DNA of 64,000 bases, from the NCBI GenBank assembly GCA_039630055.1, contig JBCNVN010000001.1, positions 96,001 to 160,000 of the forward strand. The letters run 5' to 3'. Shown here one piece after another: positions 38,989 through 49,353 of the stretch. Origin of the DNA: Candidatus Caldarchaeales archaeon. GTDB taxonomy: Archaea > Thermoproteota > Nitrososphaeria_A > Caldarchaeales > Wolframiiraptoraceae. The first letter of the stretch is position 1. The number at the start of each line of letters is the position of its first letter. The notes beneath the pieces were generated by a model. The model was not told the DNA's origin, did no database searches, and was given only the letters and a program-made list of their open reading frames with translations. The translations under genes were made by a program, and so were the position numbers.

Positions 38989-39795
38989 ATGAGTAATTTA
39001 ACTCCGATAATTGCTTTAATTACAGACTATGGGCTTAAAGATACATACGTGGCCCAGCTTAAAGGGGTAATCCTCTCATATAGAAGAGACGTCATAATAG
39101 TAGATGTAACCCATGAGGTTGAACCTTTCAACGAGCTTGAAGCAGCATTTCTCCTATTAACCTATGTGAAATATATGCCTCCCGAGACCATCCATCTCTG
39201 CATAGTCGACCCTAAAGTCGGAGGTGAGAGGAGACCGATAATAATTAAAACCGTTAGGGGAGACTGCTTTATAGGTCCGGATACAGGGATCATGGCCCCA
39301 GCCGCAGAGAGTCTAGGCATCATGAATATCTATGAGATTGATCAGTCTATGCTTCCGAAGAGATTTAGTGAAACCTTTCATGGGAGAGATGTCTTCGCAC
39401 ATGCTGCAGGTAAGCTTTCTATCGGATTAAGCTTGGATAAGATCGGCAAGCTTATATCAGACTATGAGCGTATAGAGATCCCTAAACCCCTCTTTAGAGA
39501 AGACTTTATCGAGTCTACAGTATTACATGTGGATAGGTTCGGGAATATAATAACAAACCTCAAGTACAATGAGATAAACGTTGGGTTCGGAGATATAGTT
39601 GAGATATACATGCCTGATACTGTCGTAAGATGCCCTCTAGTCCAATATTATAGTAGAGTGGAGGAAGGGTCCCTGCTTACAACTATTGGAGGATCAGGCT
39701 ACTTAGAGATCTCCATCAATAAAGGAAGAGCCTCTGAAAAACTCCGTCTTAGACCTGGAGATAGACTTAAAGTCAAACTAGTTAAAAATATTTAA
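38989..39795 (+). CDS. SAM hydrolase / SAM-dependent halogenase family (DUF62)
   Basis: TDYG..D.YV, D.TH, VDP.VG..R, GPD.G, SETFHGRDVFA, DRFGN.ITN, LEI.IN.G.A. Confidence 0.9.
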   Translation: MSNLTPIIALITDYGLKDTYVAQLKGVILSYRRDVIIVDVTHEVEPFNELEAAFLLLTYVKYMPPETIHLCIVDPKVGGERRPIIIKTVRGDCFIGPDTGIMAPAAESLGIMNIYEIDQSMLPKRFSETFHGRDVFAHAAGKLSIGLSLDKIGKLISDYERIEIPKPLFREDFIESTVLHVDRFGNIITNLKYNEINVGFGDIVEIYMPDTVVRCPLVQYYSRVEEGSLLTTIGGSGYLEISINKGRASEKLRLRPGDRLKVKLVKNI

Positions 39796-39835
39796 GAATT
39801 GGAAAGAGTAGTGATGGATGGAGAAGGGTGGTTGA

Positions 39836-40441
39836 ATGGCATTCCAATACCCATACCCTGGAGCAACCACTATCGGATTAAAAGGTAGAGATGCAATAGT
39901 TCTAGCTTCTGAGAAGAGGCTTACATATGGACATTTTGTAGTAAGTAAGACTGTTAAGAAAGTATTCCAGATTACTCCAAAGATAGGGATAGCATGTGCA
40001 GGTTTTGTTGGAGATATGCAGAATCTAGTAAGGAGTGCTCAAGCCGAGATAAACCTCTACAGATTCTCATATCAGAAAGAGCCTGAGGTAAGGACTGTGG
40101 CTAAAGTTTTATCGAATTATCTATTTAGCAGCAGGTTTTTCCCATACTTGGCTGAGAGTATTGTTGGAGGATTCGATGATACGGGAGGCCACGTGCTGGT
40201 ACTCGACCCACTCGGATCAATACTTGAAGATGATTATGCAGTAGTAGGTTCTGGCGCAGAGATAGCGATTGGGGTCATAGAGCTCTCATATCGACCAGAC
40301 CTAAATGAGAATGATCTTAGAGATTTAGCGATCAAAGCCATAAAAGCATCCATATCGAGAGATGCAGCAAGTGGAAATGGGATAGACTTTCTACTAATTA
40401 CAAATAATGGTATAAAGATGGCCGAAACAATACAAATCTGA
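39836..40441 (+). CDS. psmB: Proteasome beta subunit (probably the non-catalytic paralog)
   Basis: G-ATTIGL, LASEKR, KKVF, AG.VGD.Q, DPLGS, GSGA..A.G, RDAASG.GID. Confidence 0.92.
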   Translation: MAFQYPYPGATTIGLKGRDAIVLASEKRLTYGHFVVSKTVKKVFQITPKIGIACAGFVGDMQNLVRSAQAEINLYRFSYQKEPEVRTVAKVLSNYLFSSRFFPYLAESIVGGFDDTGGHVLVLDPLGSILEDDYAVVGSGAEIAIGVIELSYRPDLNENDLRDLAIKAIKASISRDAASGNGIDFLLITNNGIKMAETIQI

Positions 40442-40588
40442 TGGGTTAGACTAAAGTTAACCCCTCCTTTTAAAATTTGAGAACTTGTATAACTATTCTC
40501 CTCTATAAAAACTTTCCTCAATTTATTTTGTACATTAACTAGTAGTTGAAAAATATTTATAAATAACTTTAAAGAATATAACACTGTA

Positions 40589-41305
40589 ATGAATCTATTA
40601 AATTTAAAGGAAAAGTTGTTAATATTTTTAGCACAGAGTGGAACATATACTAGAAGTCTAAGTATATCGACTTCAGCGATCGCCCAGAATCTAGGAACAT
40701 CGCAACAATCAGTCTCTAGAATACTTATACAACTAGAGCAAGAAGGATATATTGAGAAGGTAATAGTAGGAAAGACAACTCTGATAAGATTAACTGATAG
40801 GGGTCTTGATGAATTAAGAAACCTATATATTGTATTGAAGAATATTCTTGAGAAGCCTATGGAGATAGTTTTAGAGGGAAGGGTCTTCTCAGGATTGGGA
40901 GAAGGATTCTACTACATGAGTCTACCACAATATTTTGAACAGATAAAAGAACGTGTAGGATTTACACCTTATCTTGGAACACTGAATATACAGCTACTAT
41001 CTAAAGATTCGATAGAAAATCGAATGCTGCTTGAGAAGAATGCAGACATAATTATCGAAGGGTTCAGTAACGGTCAAAGAACTTATGGTGGAGCAAAATG
41101 TATAAAAGCATTATTTAATGGAGAACAAGAAGCAGCATTAATATTTGCCGAGAGAACTCATTATGGGAGAGATGTCATAGAGGTTATTGCACCAGTATAT
41201 CTCCGAGGGAAATATGGTTTAAGAGATGGTGATAAAGTATTCGTAAAAGTAATCCTGAAAACCTCTTCTCAGAATGATAAAGTGATCGCCGCCCAGGCAA
41301 AGTGA
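40589..41305 (+). CDS. ribK: HTH-fused CTP-dependent riboflavin kinase (RbkR-type)
   Basis: N-terminal HTH SQQSVSR.L..LE..G; G.V.SGLGEG.YY, GF.PY.GTLN, ERTHY, E.IAP..LR. Confidence 0.93.
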   Translation: MNLLNLKEKLLIFLAQSGTYTRSLSISTSAIAQNLGTSQQSVSRILIQLEQEGYIEKVIVGKTTLIRLTDRGLDELRNLYIVLKNILEKPMEIVLEGRVFSGLGEGFYYMSLPQYFEQIKERVGFTPYLGTLNIQLLSKDSIENRMLLEKNADIIIEGFSNGQRTYGGAKCIKALFNGEQEAALIFAERTHYGRDVIEVIAPVYLRGKYGLRDGDKVFVKVILKTSSQNDKVIAAQAK

Positions 41306-41308
41306 AGT

Positions 41309-41758
41309 CTAATCTCTCATCATCTTTTTCAACTTCTTTATTATATCACTCGTACTGTTTATGTCTCCAAACTTGTAACGTCTAGCCCTATATATTTTAA
41401 TCTTTAAATTCCTCTCTTTTAAGAACTCCTTAAAATTCTTCATCAAGTTTTCTTGATCGTATCCGAAGACAACGATGTCTGGCTTAACCTTCTTTATCAC
41501 CTTCTCAAATGAGAACTTCTTGTAGCCTACAATAACTTCATCTACAGGTTTAAGATTAGAGATTATAAAGGTTCTAGACTTTTCATCGAATAGTGGTTCC
41601 CTCTTCTTCCTTATCCTTATAGTCCTATCCGTAGCGAGGACAACTACCAGTTTAGAGTTCTTACCACCGATCTTCTTAGCCTCCCAAAGCATCTTGATAT
41701 GTCCTGGATGTATTATATCAAATGCTCCAGATGTTAATACTACTTTCCCTTTCCTCAT
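41309..41758 (-). CDS. ribL: FAD synthase (cytidylyltransferase family)
   Basis: G.FDIIHPGH, VV.A.D, R...I..LK.VD, PDIV..GYDQ, STS.II; adjacent to ribK. Confidence 0.82.
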   Translation of the reverse strand: MRKGKVVLTSGAFDIIHPGHIKMLWEAKKIGGKNSKLVVVLATDRTIRIRKKREPLFDEKSRTFIISNLKPVDEVIVGYKKFSFEKVIKKVKPDIVVFGYDQENLMKNFKEFLKERNLKIKIYRARRYKFGDINSTSDIIKKLKKMMRD

Positions 41759-41788
41759 TCTCCAACCACCGTAACTATAAATCGAGAT

Positions 41789-42817
41789 TTAAGGCCATTC
41801 AAAATCTATCTTTCCAATAATCCTTAGACAATCTAATAATCCTTCCGCATAAGCTATAGATCCTAAAGCATTATATATTTCTCCAGATGACCAGAATCTG
41901 CTAGCATCTTCAAGATAGCTTCTAGCCAGACCGATCACTCTCTTAACATCATCATTCACATCCTCAACTTTTAAACTTTCCAGTACTTGTCTAGTCTTTA
42001 AAATATATCTTAGTGTTCTATCCTTCTCAAATCTTGGAAGCTTATGTTGTTTTATTAATTCTTCTCTTACATTATATAATCTGATCAGTGCTTCGGCCTC
42101 CATGAAATGGAGCTCTCCTGGAAATACTAGCATATGAGGTGGAGGAGGATAATCTGTTTGGATTAGTTCTCTTATAGAGCCTGCTTTTACCATTTCTCCA
42201 TCCATGCCGATTCCTGCTAAAGCTACCGCTAAAGTATCTTCACGTACTACGCCTCTCCCCAAATCTTCCTCAGCATCAAGAAGTTTCTTAAGTGCCTCAA
42301 TTATAGTTAGACCACCTTCTGATGTATCTAGGAGTACTAGAGTATGTAGACCTCTCTCAATATTATCTTGGATTATCCTATAAGCCTCTCTAGGATCACC
42401 TTCTCGAGATAGAGTTGTAGTCTTCCCAAACCTATATGATTGGAGCCCAGTAATACTTGGAGCAGCAGAATGTGCAGAGACGCCATGCACTATCTTGAAC
42501 TGTACACCTCTCTTAACAGCTTCTACAATTAGTGATATATGGGTTGTAGCGATTAGAGGGTCTCCTTGGACAAGTATCGCAACCTCTCTATCTCTCGCTC
42601 TCTCAACTATCTCCTCCAGATTATCTTCAAGATCTCTCCTACTCGCTACTATCAACCTATCGCCTACTAATTTCTTTAATCGTTTCATCAACTCTCTCGA
42701 GATAAAGCCTGTATAGCTATCGAGATATACTTCATCGCATCTCTCTATTTCTTCAACAACAGCAAATGTAAGATATCTTACCGACCCTAATCCTAAACCA
42801 AGTAGATAGAGAGCCAT
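41789..42817 (-). CDS. dph5: Diphthine synthase fused to C-terminal DUF357
   Basis: GLGLG, D.YT, GDPLIATTH, GLQ.YRFGKT.T, GLHTL.LLD, PPH.L..PG.LH.ME; tail A.SYLEDA..F...G....AL....YAEGLLD is DUF357-like. Confidence 0.92.
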   Translation of the reverse strand: MALYLLGLGLGSVRYLTFAVVEEIERCDEVYLDSYTGFISRELMKRLKKLVGDRLIVASRRDLEDNLEEIVERARDREVAILVQGDPLIATTHISLIVEAVKRGVQFKIVHGVSAHSAAPSITGLQSYRFGKTTTLSREGDPREAYRIIQDNIERGLHTLVLLDTSEGGLTIIEALKKLLDAEEDLGRGVVREDTLAVALAGIGMDGEMVKAGSIRELIQTDYPPPPHMLVFPGELHFMEAEALIRLYNVREELIKQHKLPRFEKDRTLRYILKTRQVLESLKVEDVNDDVKRVIGLARSYLEDASRFWSSGEIYNALGSIAYAEGLLDCLRIIGKIDFEWP

Positions 42818-42887
42818 CTCTATACCTTCCTATCTAAATCGTCAATAGTTTATAGATTTAAATTCTATATTAGAGAAATGTTCTCAT

Positions 42888-43958
42888 GTGAAAGGAGTTG
42901 TCTTTGCTGCGGGTCTAGGTAAGAGGCTTAAACCTCTAACTCTCTCTAGACCTAAGCATCTTCTACCTATCGCTGGTAAACCTATCTTGAAGAGGGTTCT
43001 TGAATCTCTATTATCAAATAATATAAGAGAGATAGGTGTCGTAGTATCATATATGAAGGAGTTAATCATGAGCAATGTTTCGAGTTATAACCTGGATATT
43101 AAGATAGATTGGATTATACAAGAAGAGCCGAGAGGAACTGGGCAAGCTCTACAAGTATGTGAAGAATACTTGAAAGATGAAGACTACTTCATAGTAACCT
43201 ATGGAGATATAACGTTGAACCATAAGGTAGTTAAAGAGATGTTGACCTTTTTTAGTAAGAATAAATGTGATGGAGTGGTTGAGGGTGTTCTGGTAGATGA
43301 CACTTCGAGATTTGGGAGAATAATCTCAAGGAATGGTTTATTGGAGATGATCGAGGAGAAGTCGAGTTCAGGTTCTGGAATGGTAAACTCTGGATTGTAC
43401 ATTCTTCCAAGGGAAGCTTTAGACGTAGCTAAAGAGATAAAGCCATCTAGTAGAGGTGAGTATGAGCTAACAGATATCTTGAATATCTTGGCTTCTAGAG
43501 GCTACAAAATCCTTATACATAGTTACTATAACCCGTATCAGGATATTCCTACTAGAAGCTGGTGGATTGACATTGGGAGTCCAAGAGATTATCTAAAAGC
43601 GAATATTGTAGTATTTACAGAAGAATTCGGTAATGAGATAGTCTGTGGATCAGAAGTCGATAGCTCCATCCATATTAGACCACCATCACTAATAAATGAG
43701 AATGTGAAAATAGGTGGAGACTCTATTATTGGCCCACATGTATTCATTATGGAGGATGTCGAGATAAGTCCAAACTCGATGATAGAGAATTCGATATTAT
43801 TAGAAGGATGTAAAGTGGGCTCGAAAACAATTATAAGAAATACGATCTTGGGAGAGTATACAGAAGTTGGAGAAGAAGTCTATATCGAAGGGGGAGAAGA
43901 TGTTTTAGTAGTTACTCCCCATACAGTCATCTCTGATAAAACAGTGCTAAAGAGATAG
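42888..43958 (+). CDS. Sugar-phosphate nucleotidyltransferase with hexapeptide repeats (GlmU-like)
   Basis: AAGLGKRL.PLT..RPK.LLPIAGKP, Q.EP.GT, YGD, EK, S.RGEYELTD, W.DIG. Confidence 0.88.
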   Translation: MKGVVFAAGLGKRLKPLTLSRPKHLLPIAGKPILKRVLESLLSNNIREIGVVVSYMKELIMSNVSSYNLDIKIDWIIQEEPRGTGQALQVCEEYLKDEDYFIVTYGDITLNHKVVKEMLTFFSKNKCDGVVEGVLVDDTSRFGRIISRNGLLEMIEEKSSSGSGMVNSGLYILPREALDVAKEIKPSSRGEYELTDILNILASRGYKILIHSYYNPYQDIPTRSWWIDIGSPRDYLKANIVVFTEEFGNEIVCGSEVDSSIHIRPPSLINENVKIGGDSIIGPHVFIMEDVEISPNSMIENSILLEGCKVGSKTIIRNTILGEYTEVGEEVYIEGGEDVLVVTPHTVISDKTVLKR

Positions 43959-43963
43959 TTGTA

Positions 43964-44545
43964 CTATGAAGTATAACCATGTTGAAATACTGAATGAGCG
44001 ATTAGTCTCGCCAGTCTAAGAGGTTCAGGTATCTTACCGAATAATGTATACTTATTGATTAAGTTGAGGGCTGTCTCGACATCTACTCCAATGACCCTTA
44101 GATAGATCTTGAATCGATTCTTATTAACCACCTCGATCCTTGGCCCATTCTCTTCATAGACTCTAACCCTCTCAATCCAATCTTCTGGAAAATACTTGAT
44201 GAAGTAGTCTCTTATGCCTGCTGATGGATGATAGGTTAAGCAGACCAGTGGTATGTTTATTTCTTTATACATTCTTTTTAAGTCTATAACGTTAAACCAG
44301 CTTATAATACATCCGTTTAAGATCATTGCAGATATATCTGTCCTCTCAAGTTTATGGTACATCTTAATAATCGAATCGGTTGCATCCATTCCACCCACCT
44401 TACATCTTCCTAGAACTATTCCATCAACAACCAAGTCGCTTCTCATCACAACCCCTACAAGCAATGCATCTTGATTCAAGCCCTTCTTAAAACTCTCAGC
44501 TACACCCATTACCCTGATAGCTTTCTTCTCTAAGCTTAACCTCAA
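43964..44545 (-). CDS. DUF99-family (endonuclease V-like) protein
   Basis: R.MGVAESF, GVVMR.D..VDG, VGG.DAT, WFNVID, PEPLR.A.LIA. Confidence 0.85.
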   Translation of the reverse strand: MRLSLEKKAIRVMGVAESFKKGLNQDALLVGVVMRSDLVVDGIVLGRCKVGGMDATDSIIKMYHKLERTDISAMILNGCIISWFNVIDLKRMYKEINIPLVCLTYHPSAGIRDYFIKYFPEDWIERVRVYEENGPRIEVVNKNRFKIYLRVIGVDVETALNLINKYTLFGKIPEPLRLARLIAHSVFQHGYTS

Positions 44546-44621
44546 TCAGTTAATCCTCCAAATAGAGATCTCAACAAGATTATATATTATTTATTAGCTA
44601 AGAATATATTCTAGAGAACTA

Positions 44622-44933
44622 TTATAGTTCTAACTGAGTCTCCGTCTTCAAGTTTACAAACTGGATTCTGCGACCATACTTCTTCTTCAAGGCAAGTATC
44701 GGCAAAGCCCCTGCAGCATCGGCTAACATACATAATCTAGATTTATCTACTTTTAGAATCCTAGAACTATACTTACACTCAACCATCAGGATCCTCCCAT
44801 TCTTTAGAGCGATGAGATCTACAGGCTTACTTCTAGCAGCCCTTATAACGATCCAGCTCTTCTTCTCTAAAAGATTCTTAACCTCCCACTCGAACCTCCT
44901 ACCCTTTGGATAACTCAATACAACACTCTCCAA
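44622..44933 (-). CDS. Holliday junction resolvase-like PD-(D/E)xK nuclease (Hjc family)
   Basis: KGRRFE.EV..LL....W.V.R.A.S.PVDLIALK.G.I..VECK. Confidence 0.8.
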   Translation of the reverse strand: MESVVLSYPKGRRFEWEVKNLLEKKSWIVIRAARSKPVDLIALKNGRILMVECKYSSRILKVDKSRLCMLADAAGALPILALKKKYGRRIQFVNLKTETQLEL

Positions 44934-45144
44934 AAATCTTTACAAGATAACAATAGAATATAATAATATAATTCTTTTCAAAATCGGTATCTATACACTA
45001 TGCTAGTCTCACGACATACCCACTATATCGGCTAGAAACAGAACATAGTCTCTAGTCTACTAGTAAGCGCTTTTCTAAAGATTCGTGTATGGGAAGATTG
45101 GGAAAATTCTATGACGGAAAACATTATGAGTGGATGTATCTGGA

Positions 45145-46428
45145 TTAGAGACCAAGTTTCTTAGACTTTTTCAACCTATCCAGTATCTCTTGAGCCTTAT
45201 CCAGTCTTACCGTTCTCTCCCTTATCATCTCTTCCGCTACCCTGTCTATCTCTTCACCTACCGCTCCAGCCATCACCGCTATATTCTTTGCATGAAGAGA
45301 CATGTGGCCTGCCTGTATACCCTCTGCTGCTAATGCTCGGAGAGCAGCTAAATTCTGTACAAGCCCTACCGCTCCTATTACCTCTGATAGTTCTTGAGCC
45401 GTCTCGACACCTAGAATCTTTAATGAGATCCTAGCTAGTGGATGAGTCTTTGTAGCTCCTCCAACTATCCCGACCGCTAATGGCATCTCCAAGACCCCAT
45501 ATAGATAGTTTCCATCCGTCTCCCATCTACTCAAGGGTCGATATCTCCCATCTCGAGCAGCGTATGAGTGTGCTCCCGCCTCTATCGCTCTCCAATCATT
45601 TCCAGTAGCTATCACAACTGCATCTACTCCATTCATAATCCCCTTATTATGTGTTGCAGCTCGGTAAGGGTCGGCATCTGCAAAAGCCCAAGCCTCTACG
45701 ATCCCCTCTGCAACATCTCTACCTCCTACGGATTCTACAGGTACCTTTGTCCAAGCTCTTACAATCCTCCTATCTGCAAGGTTAGATATTATTCTCAATC
45801 TAAAAGTTCCTCCAGATAATGAGGCTAAACGTGGTGCGATCGCCTCAGCCATCGTATTAACAGCATTGGCCCCCATCGCATCTCTCACATCAACCAATAA
45901 GTGTACTATCAACATGGTTCCGATGCTGGTCTCTACAATTCTAACTTCAAGGTCTCTCGCACCTCCTCCTAATTTCACGAGTACTGGATCACATTGATTA
46001 GCCAATTCGATGATCTCGTTCTTCTTCTTCAGTATCTCAAGTCTTGCAAAACTAGGTTGAGGAACCTTCACCAACTGTACTTGACCGATCATTAGTGGAC
46101 CAGTACTCATAGTGTATACTCCGCCTCCATCTCTCGTCATCTTTGCAGCATTAGATGCTGCCGCTACAACTGATGGTTCCTCGATAACCATTGGGATTAA
46201 GTAGTCTCTATTATTTATCAGGAAGTTGACTGCTATGCCCAGAGGTAATTGATAGGTTGAGATAACGTTCTCTATCATCCTGTTTGCAGTATCTAAGTCT
46301 AAAGCTCCATATCTCTTCAATAACTCTATTTCCTCACTGTTCAGTTTAGCATACTCGGAGACTATTCTCAATCTCTCCTCTACTGGTAATCTATAGAATC
46401 CGGGGATCCTAGAACTGTCCCTCACCAT
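45145..46428 (-). CDS. mvaA: Class II HMG-CoA reductase
   Basis: SRIPGFY, ENVI, EEPSVVAAAS, DAMGAN.VNT, RI.SN, THNKGIMNG, GNDWRA.EAG.H, EGIQ.GHM.LH. Confidence 0.93.
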   Translation of the reverse strand: MVRDSSRIPGFYRLPVEERLRIVSEYAKLNSEEIELLKRYGALDLDTANRMIENVISTYQLPLGIAVNFLINNRDYLIPMVIEEPSVVAAASNAAKMTRDGGGVYTMSTGPLMIGQVQLVKVPQPSFARLEILKKKNEIIELANQCDPVLVKLGGGARDLEVRIVETSIGTMLIVHLLVDVRDAMGANAVNTMAEAIAPRLASLSGGTFRLRIISNLADRRIVRAWTKVPVESVGGRDVAEGIVEAWAFADADPYRAATHNKGIMNGVDAVVIATGNDWRAIEAGAHSYAARDGRYRPLSRWETDGNYLYGVLEMPLAVGIVGGATKTHPLARISLKILGVETAQELSEVIGAVGLVQNLAALRALAAEGIQAGHMSLHAKNIAVMAGAVGEEIDRVAEEMIRERTVRLDKAQEILDRLKKSKKLGL

Positions 46429-46568
46429 TTTATCAGAGTTGTACCATATATCTCCACTTTTATCTATTTCTCAAATAATTATGTCTCTTGACGTAACTAT
46501 ATAGTAAAAATCCTTAAAAGGGACTTGCATATTCTATAAATAGAGTTAATATTTTGGAGGTTTATGTC

Positions 46569-47909
46569 TTGGCTAAAGAAGAATTATTAAAGAAAGCTCA
46601 ACTTCCTTCTCAGCTCGCTATGAAATATCATCCATTCTATAGGGGGAAGATCCAGATCACGTTAAAGGCCCCAGTCAGGAGTTATGACGACTTCGCTATA
46701 TGGTATACTCCAGGAGTTGCAGAACCATGTAAAGCAATTAAAAATAACAAAGATCTGGTCTTCGAGTATACTAATAGAGCCAACATGATCGCTGTAATAA
46801 GTGATGGAACTAGAGTACTAGGATTAGGTGATATAGGACCTGAAGCGGGGCTACCAGTCATGGAGGGTAAGGCTCTACTCTTCAAGTATCTTGGAGGGGT
46901 TGATGCAGTTCCAATAGTTCTAAATGTTAGAGATGCGGATGAGATAATTAAAGTTGTAAAAGCTCTAGAGCCAAGCTTCGGTGGAATAAATTTAGAAGAT
47001 ATTGAGAAACCTAAATGTTTCTACATCTTGGAGACCTTGAGGAGGGAGATGAGCATACCTGTTTGGCATGATGACCAGCAAGGAACGGCAACCGTAACCA
47101 CAGCAGCTCTCATAAATGCGTTAAAATTAGTTAATAAGAAGATCAACGACGTGATAGTAGCTATGATTGGTGCAGGTGCTGCGAATATAGCTATTGCAAG
47201 ATTGATCATCGCTGCTGGGGTGGATCCCGGCAAAATAAGAATGGTTGATAGTAAAGGGATCCTATACTCTGAGAGAGAAGATGTAGATAAACTTCAGTTT
47301 AGCGATCCTTGGAAGTATGAAATGGCTATAAAAACAAATCGCGAGAGAGTTGTTGGAGGCATCCCTGAATCATTGAAAGGAGCAGACGTAGTTATAGGCA
47401 TGTCTCAACCTGGACCAGGAGTTATCAAGAAAGAATGGATTAAAGATATGGCAGATGATAGCATAGTGTTTGCATGTGCTAACCCTATACCTGAGATATG
47501 GCCCTGGGAAGCCAAAGAAGCTGGAGCAAGAATAGTTGCTACTGGAAGATCCGATTTCCCAAATCAAGTCAATAACTCTCTAGGCTTTCCAGGAATATTT
47601 AGAGGTGCATTAGATGTTAGAGCGAAGACTATAACGGACGAGATGTGTCTAGCCGCTGCCACCGAACTCGCAAAAGTGGCAGAAGAGAAAGGACTATCCG
47701 AGGATTATATTATACCAACTATGGAGGACTGGGAGGTTTATCCGAGAGAAGCAGTAGCGGTAGGGATGAAAGCGATAGAACAAAATGTTGCAAGGATTAA
47801 GATGAGTAGAGATGAGCTCTATGAACTAGCATACAGAACTATCAGGAACGCACGAGAGATGGTCCACTTAATTATGAGGGAAGGGTTTATCTGCTCTCCA
47901 CCCGTATAA
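46569..47909 (+). CDS. NAD(P)-dependent malic enzyme
   Basis: YTPGVAEPC, DGTRVLGLGDIG, PVMEGKALLFK, INLEDI, HDDQQGTA, GAGAA, ATGRSD.PNQVNN. TTG start placed 8 nt after GGAGG. Confidence 0.93.
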   Translation: MAKEELLKKAQLPSQLAMKYHPFYRGKIQITLKAPVRSYDDFAIWYTPGVAEPCKAIKNNKDLVFEYTNRANMIAVISDGTRVLGLGDIGPEAGLPVMEGKALLFKYLGGVDAVPIVLNVRDADEIIKVVKALEPSFGGINLEDIEKPKCFYILETLRREMSIPVWHDDQQGTATVTTAALINALKLVNKKINDVIVAMIGAGAANIAIARLIIAAGVDPGKIRMVDSKGILYSEREDVDKLQFSDPWKYEMAIKTNRERVVGGIPESLKGADVVIGMSQPGPGVIKKEWIKDMADDSIVFACANPIPEIWPWEAKEAGARIVATGRSDFPNQVNNSLGFPGIFRGALDVRAKTITDEMCLAAATELAKVAEEKGLSEDYIIPTMEDWEVYPREAVAVGMKAIEQNVARIKMSRDELYELAYRTIRNAREMVHLIMREGFICSPPV

Positions 47910-48101
47910 TCAAAATCAGTATCCCCTCGAACAAAGAGCTCCTATCTACCAAGATATCTTATCTATCTGGTCTTATATGTAAGAAAATCTGGAAAAAATT
48001 TTCTTACTAAGGCTTTTTATTCGATTAAAGATGATAATGATACGATGTGGCTTAATTAAAGGTAAGTTTATCTATTACTTTAAGAGGGTTAAAGATTTGG
48101 A

Positions 48102-48866
48102 ATGATAGAGGAATTGGGGGAGATAGTAGAGATAGTTGAGGTTGAGCCAACCATTGGTGAGGGTTTCATAATTGTAGAAGGATTTCCAGATGTCGGCCTT
48201 GTCGGAACCATTGCTGCATCATTCTTAGCTGATAGGCTTCAGATGAAAGAAATAGGACACATAGAATCTGATGCTCTACCCCCTATAATATCTGTGAAGA
48301 ATGGTAAGGTTCTCGACCTAGTAAGATTGTATAGAAAGAACAATCTGATAGTAATTGTCTCCGAGATACCTATTCCATCACCTATTATTAGACCTATAAG
48401 CCAGAAGATCGTAGAGTGGGCCATCTCAAAGAATGCCAAGATCATTATCAGTTTAACCGGGATGCCTGAGCCAGCCCGGATCGATATCGATGTACCGAAA
48501 GTCTACGTTCTAGGAAGCAATCAGAAGGTCTCTGAAGATGCATTAAAGATAGAGGGAGCAGAAGCCTTCACAGATGGGTATATTGCAGGAATAAAAGGAA
48601 TGATCTTAAGAGAGAGCATTAAGAGAGATTTCAACGCCTTGCTTATACTGTCCCAATCACACTTCAATTATCCAGATCCAGGGTCTGCTGCAGAAACATT
48701 AAAATATCTATCCAAACTATTATCAATAAGTATAGATGTTAGACCATTACTTGAGAGTGCGGAAGAGTTAAAGCTAAGGCTTAGAGATTTGATGAGGAGG
48801 ACGAGTCAAGCTATGCAAGATGTTCAGAAATCTCGTGAATTGGAGTTGCCCGCGGTCTACTTGTAG
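48102..48866 (+). CDS. PAC2-family proteasome assembly chaperone
   Basis: EGFPDVGLVGTIA, SE.P, G.IAG..G, YPDP.SA, IDV.PL...AE; C-terminal VYL (HbYX-like). Confidence 0.85.
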   Translation: MIEELGEIVEIVEVEPTIGEGFIIVEGFPDVGLVGTIAASFLADRLQMKEIGHIESDALPPIISVKNGKVLDLVRLYRKNNLIVIVSEIPIPSPIIRPISQKIVEWAISKNAKIIISLTGMPEPARIDIDVPKVYVLGSNQKVSEDALKIEGAEAFTDGYIAGIKGMILRESIKRDFNALLILSQSHFNYPDPGSAAETLKYLSKLLSISIDVRPLLESAEELKLRLRDLMRRTSQAMQDVQKSRELELPAVYL

Positions 48867-48878
48867 GAGGGAGGATGA

Positions 48879-49292
48879 ATGACGTATAGAAGATCGATCT
48901 GGAAGCTAATGATAGATGAGTTTAAGAGGCTTGAGCAGGAATTAAGAAATGTTGAAGAAGATTTCTTTATGAAGATTAAAGGTTTAGAATCGATGAGAGG
49001 ATGTATAACCCCGCTCTACAATGTCTATGAGTCAGGAGATGAACTTATAGTTACCGCAGATCTACCTGGAACAAGTAGAGATGAGATAGACTTAACGGTT
49101 GGTGAAGACTATTTGAAGATAGAAGCACCATGTCGTTCTCCAGCTAGAAGAGTGAAGGAAGGAAGATATCTTTTACATGTAAGGTTGCCTGTAGAGATTG
49201 AGCCAGAGTCTGTTAAAGCAAGATATAAGGAAGGTGTTCTAGAGATAAACGCAAAGAAGAAGATTAGAGGTTTCAAGATCAAAGTTACTTAA
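48879..49292 (+). CDS. Small heat shock protein (Hsp20)
   Basis: P..V.E....L.V.ADLPG, LP..IEPE.VKA.Y..GVLEI. Confidence 0.9.
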   Translation: MTYRRSIWKLMIDEFKRLEQELRNVEEDFFMKIKGLESMRGCITPLYNVYESGDELIVTADLPGTSRDEIDLTVGEDYLKIEAPCRSPARRVKEGRYLLHVRLPVEIEPESVKARYKEGVLEINAKKKIRGFKIKVT

Positions 49293-49353
49293 ATTCTATA
49301 GGTTCATAAACGTCTAACTATGGATATGCATAGTTTCAAAGATAGAGCTTATT

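Noticed and set aside
41789-42817. Dph5-DUF357 fusion as a novelty
   Set aside because: These genes are commonly adjacent or fused in archaea; noted only as a lineage hint.
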